A stretch of DNA of 19,534 nucleotides, taken from assembly GCA_964013405.1 (NCBI GenBank), contig CAXGWI010000061.1, positions 1 through 19,534 on the forward strand, given 5' to 3'. A model generated the notes under the pieces. It was not told the DNA's origin, made no database searches, and worked only from the letters and a program-made list of their open reading frames with translations. Position 1 is the first letter of the stretch. Each line of letters begins with the position of its first letter. Shown piece by piece: positions 16,723-19,534 of the stretch. Source of the stretch: an uncultured Myxococcales bacterium (GTDB taxonomy: Bacteria; Myxococcota; UBA4151). The translations under genes and the position numbers were made by a program.

Positions 16723-17541
16723 CTAGGGGTATTGTTTTTCGATCCCAGCGATGATTTCGATGGCGTTGCTTCGGAACGTCAGCACGTCTTTCAATCGGAT
16801 GGTCGCCTTTTTGCTGCGCCCCCGGTCGTTGCGATGGGCGATATCATTCCTTCGCCCCGCCAAGGCCTTCAGGTCTAGGTACGATTCGGCGTCCCCTTGT
16901 TTCGGGGGATTCAGCCCCCGGTCTTTGTCGATACGTTTCCAGTCGATCCGCTTGCCCACCATCGAGAAGGCCTTGCCGAACCGGTCGGGATCGCTGCTCG
17001 AAAAGTTGTGGAGCTCGCGGCGCAGCATGTCGCGAAAATTCCAGCGAATGCGTTTGCCGTCCCGCTGTCTCTCAACGAGCTCCATCGCATCCATCAGGCT
17101 CATGTTCATCTTCTTGAGGGCCCTCACGACCCCCGGCTGCTTCCCGTCGGGCTCGGCGATGTATGCCTCGGCTTCGTCGAGGGCCTCGGTGAGAAACTGT
17201 TGGGTCTTCGTGTGCACATAACCCTCGACGGCAGCAGCCATGGCGACCACGGATTGCCGCAGGAGTGGCTCGGTTCCGGTCCTTGTGAAGTCGTCCTTGT
17301 CGAGGGCTCTTGGTCCGTTGGGCAACAGGACGATGTAGAGGTCATCGGACTCTACACAATCCAAATCATCCAGATCTGCTCGCCGCATCCGACGCATGGT
17401 CAAAAAGGCTTCGCGCTGCTCCGTGCGCATCGAGCGACGACGCTTGTTCTTCAGGGCTTGCGCCCATCGCAACAGTCGGGTGGCGTCGGCCATATTGTCA
17501 TTGAACACCTCCATCGCACTTAGATCTCGCGGTCTTGCCAT
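16723..17541 (-). CDS. HEPN-domain protein, predicted RNase (RiboL-PSP-HEPN-like)
   Basis: N-terminal helix LLRQSVVAMAAAVEGYV with the conserved Glu and a C-terminal RxxxxH motif RNDIAH (16834-16851); GGAGG RBS. Confidence 0.82.
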   Translation of the reverse strand: MARPRDLSAMEVFNDNMADATRLLRWAQALKNKRRRSMRTEQREAFLTMRRMRRADLDDLDCVESDDLYIVLLPNGPRALDKDDFTRTGTEPLLRQSVVAMAAAVEGYVHTKTQQFLTEALDEAEAYIAEPDGKQPGVVRALKKMNMSLMDAMELVERQRDGKRIRWNFRDMLRRELHNFSSSDPDRFGKAFSMVGKRIDWKRIDKDRGLNPPKQGDAESYLDLKALAGRRNDIAHRNDRGRSKKATIRLKDVLTFRSNAIEIIAGIEKQYP

Positions 17542-17681
17542 GCTGCTGCCTTCCTCCCGGTGAAGCCTTCCTAGGAAATCCTGAAAAAGAAGAACAGGTC
17601 CAGCGGACCCAAAGGCTCAGGTTTGACGAGGGGAGGTCTCGGGGATCCGGCGGCGAGCTATCGGTGCTTCGGCAGCCGCGG

Positions 17682-19499
17682 CTAGAACGTGACCTGCAGC
17701 CCCAGTTTACTGCGTCGATCGAGGCCATCCGTTGTCGCCTCCCGAGACCAGCCGTAGGCCACATCCCATCGGGGGTGTAGAGACCAATGCACGGTGGCTT
17801 CGCAGCGACTGTCGGGGCTGAGCTTGGCGAGGTCTCGGGCCTGTACGCAGCGGACGAGACCGCGCAGCGAGGAGCGATAGATCAAACGCAGGCCTACCTC
17901 GAAGCCCAAGGAACTGGATGAGGCGGGATCCGAGCCGCCGGATTCGCCCATCAGCTTGTGCTTTAAGTGAGCCGACTTGAGTCCAAAGCGGCCGATGCCA
18001 GCACCGAAAACATGAACCTGACCGTGGTGGGCGGCACGGTTCCAACCAAAGCCCAGGCGGCCGGTACCACCGAGGACATCACCTCTTGGCAGCGCGAGCC
18101 ATGGGCTGTCTCCATAGCCGAGACTCAGCCCCCACACGACACCCAGCCCGGAGGGCCGCATCCCAAGACTATGGAGTTCAACCACATGGAAGCGATTGAG
18201 CACGATTTGGCCGGACTCCCTTTGCAGCGTGACAGCCGTTGCGAACAAGTCCACCGCGCCTCGGGGCGCATGGCCGTCGGGGCGATCCAGCAGACTATGC
18301 ATCCCGGGGCGAAAGTCGAGTTCAAGGGCATCAAACTGCAAACCGGCCGTCCGGTGACCCGCAGCCAGCAGTACACTCAAGCGCCGCCTGGGGTGCCCAC
18401 TTAAAGGATCGCTACCTGGGGGCATGGGGACCCCGGTTTCTGTTTGGGCTGGGCCCTTAGAACGGGCCATCATCAATGTTTTGTAGCGCTGACCGACGGG
18501 GCTTGATGGCCCGGATTCGAAGAGGGTGAAGGGCGCGTTTAACTCAAGATGTACGAGGGCTGCACTGATCACCTGGTCGTCCGCTACGGACGGGGCGTCC
18601 AGGGGCTGAGCCAGATCAAGGAGCCGCTTGTAGTGCTTCAATTGGGCCTTGGAGAGTGAGGCCAGGCGGTGATCGAGCAGCCGCCATGGAGACGCACGAA
18701 AGGTCGGTTGGCTTTCGATGGCCCCCTGCGACGCAAGTAAGTGCAGGACGTCGACGGGGCCCACGGCCCAGCCAAGGGCTTCAAGGGAGAGGTCTTCGTT
18801 CACAGCGGCAAGCAGTTGGGCCAAGCGAAAGGCACAATTGCTGTGAAAAAAGTCATAGGGCAGCCTGGTTTCGCGCGCTGCGTACAAAATCAGCGCGAGC
18901 CGGCGCTGCTGGGCCGGCGACAGGTTAAGCCGGTAGGCAAAGAGATCCCGGGCTTCAAACTGGGCATATTGCCGCCTGAGGAGATGGAAGGGCTCGACAT
19001 GAAATCGCCCCTCCATCGAGCCGGTGAGTCCCCGCCATAGGCGCGTGACCCCGTTCATCGTGTCGCTGTTCCCCAAAAAGCTCACCCCGAGGGCGATCGG
19101 CGAGGTTTCTCGACCCCTCGGCGGCTCGATACGAAGCAGGAGGTGCCCAAAGGCGGAGGCGGCATCGACGAAGCTGTGGCCCACAAACACGAGGTCAATT
19201 TTTGCGCCGAGTGTATGTCGTAGCAAACGATGCAAATCAGGGCACGTCGCCCCGAGAAGCTCTCGACGGTCCGCAGCGTGTAAGGCCCCGTCGAGCCAGA
19301 TCGGATGGGCGCAGGCCAGTTTGCGCTGGGGCCCGGTCAAAGGCTTTGACTCGAGCAGCGCCGTCAGTACGAACTGGAGTTCGGTGAGTTCAGAGGGCCC
19401 TGGCTTGGGCGGCCAAGGGCGATCGGCCCGCGCCCGTCCCGGAACCGTGATGAGCAGGCCGAGTATCAGGGCGAGGCCGCAGGGGAGCGCCCCTTGCAC
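17682..19499 (-). CDS. DUF4105 / Lnb N-terminal-like domain protein with probable C-terminal beta-barrel
   Basis: Signal peptide; SAFGHLLLRI and YDFFHSNCA (His and Cys motifs of DUF4105); GHP..R; amphipathic strands ending LGLQVTF. The start is near the window edge and uncertain. Confidence 0.85.
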   Translation of the reverse strand: MQGALPCGLALILGLLITVPGRARADRPWPPKPGPSELTELQFVLTALLESKPLTGPQRKLACAHPIWLDGALHAADRRELLGATCPDLHRLLRHTLGAKIDLVFVGHSFVDAASAFGHLLLRIEPPRGRETSPIALGVSFLGNSDTMNGVTRLWRGLTGSMEGRFHVEPFHLLRRQYAQFEARDLFAYRLNLSPAQQRRLALILYAARETRLPYDFFHSNCAFRLAQLLAAVNEDLSLEALGWAVGPVDVLHLLASQGAIESQPTFRASPWRLLDHRLASLSKAQLKHYKRLLDLAQPLDAPSVADDQVISAALVHLELNAPFTLFESGPSSPVGQRYKTLMMARSKGPAQTETGVPMPPGSDPLSGHPRRRLSVLLAAGHRTAGLQFDALELDFRPGMHSLLDRPDGHAPRGAVDLFATAVTLQRESGQIVLNRFHVVELHSLGMRPSGLGVVWGLSLGYGDSPWLALPRGDVLGGTGRLGFGWNRAAHHGQVHVFGAGIGRFGLKSAHLKHKLMGESGGSDPASSSSLGFEVGLRLIYRSSLRGLVRCVQARDLAKLSPDSRCEATVHWSLHPRWDVAYGWSREATTDGLDRRSKLGLQVTF

Positions 19500-19534
19500 C
19501 AGCGCTGAAAACCCAGCCCTAGACGTGGTCGAGG

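Noticed and set aside
16897..17523. 208-aa plus-strand ORF as a possible antitoxin
   Set aside because: Entirely antisense to the HEPN gene, with typical shadow-frame composition and no RBS.

Overview
A GC-rich bacterial window, probably Myxococcota or a related deltaproteobacterium (inferred from a Myxococcus-type disulfide repeat, Cys-rich lipoproteins and a DUF4105/Lnb-like gene). The left half holds mostly monocistronic genes: a truncated 18-aa tandem-repeat protein at the edge, four predicted lipoproteins, an EF-hand/thioredoxin fusion, a DUF1538-PII-PII operon and a MerC-like protein with a His-rich repeat insert. The right half (about 10.4-17.5 kb) looks like a rearranged accessory or defence region. 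It contains a 41-bp direct repeat duplicating a gene 3' end and bracketing a truncated WD40 gene with near-identical repeats, a half lipoyl-domain mini-ORF, two divergent paralogous membrane proteins, a KAP-family NTPase fused to a DUF4357-like domain, and a convergent stand-alone HEPN protein. The KAP-DUF4357/HEPN locus is the best candidate for an undescribed anti-phage system. I recognised no rRNA, tRNA, CRISPR array, integrase or transposase. All family calls are by eye from motifs; no searches were run.
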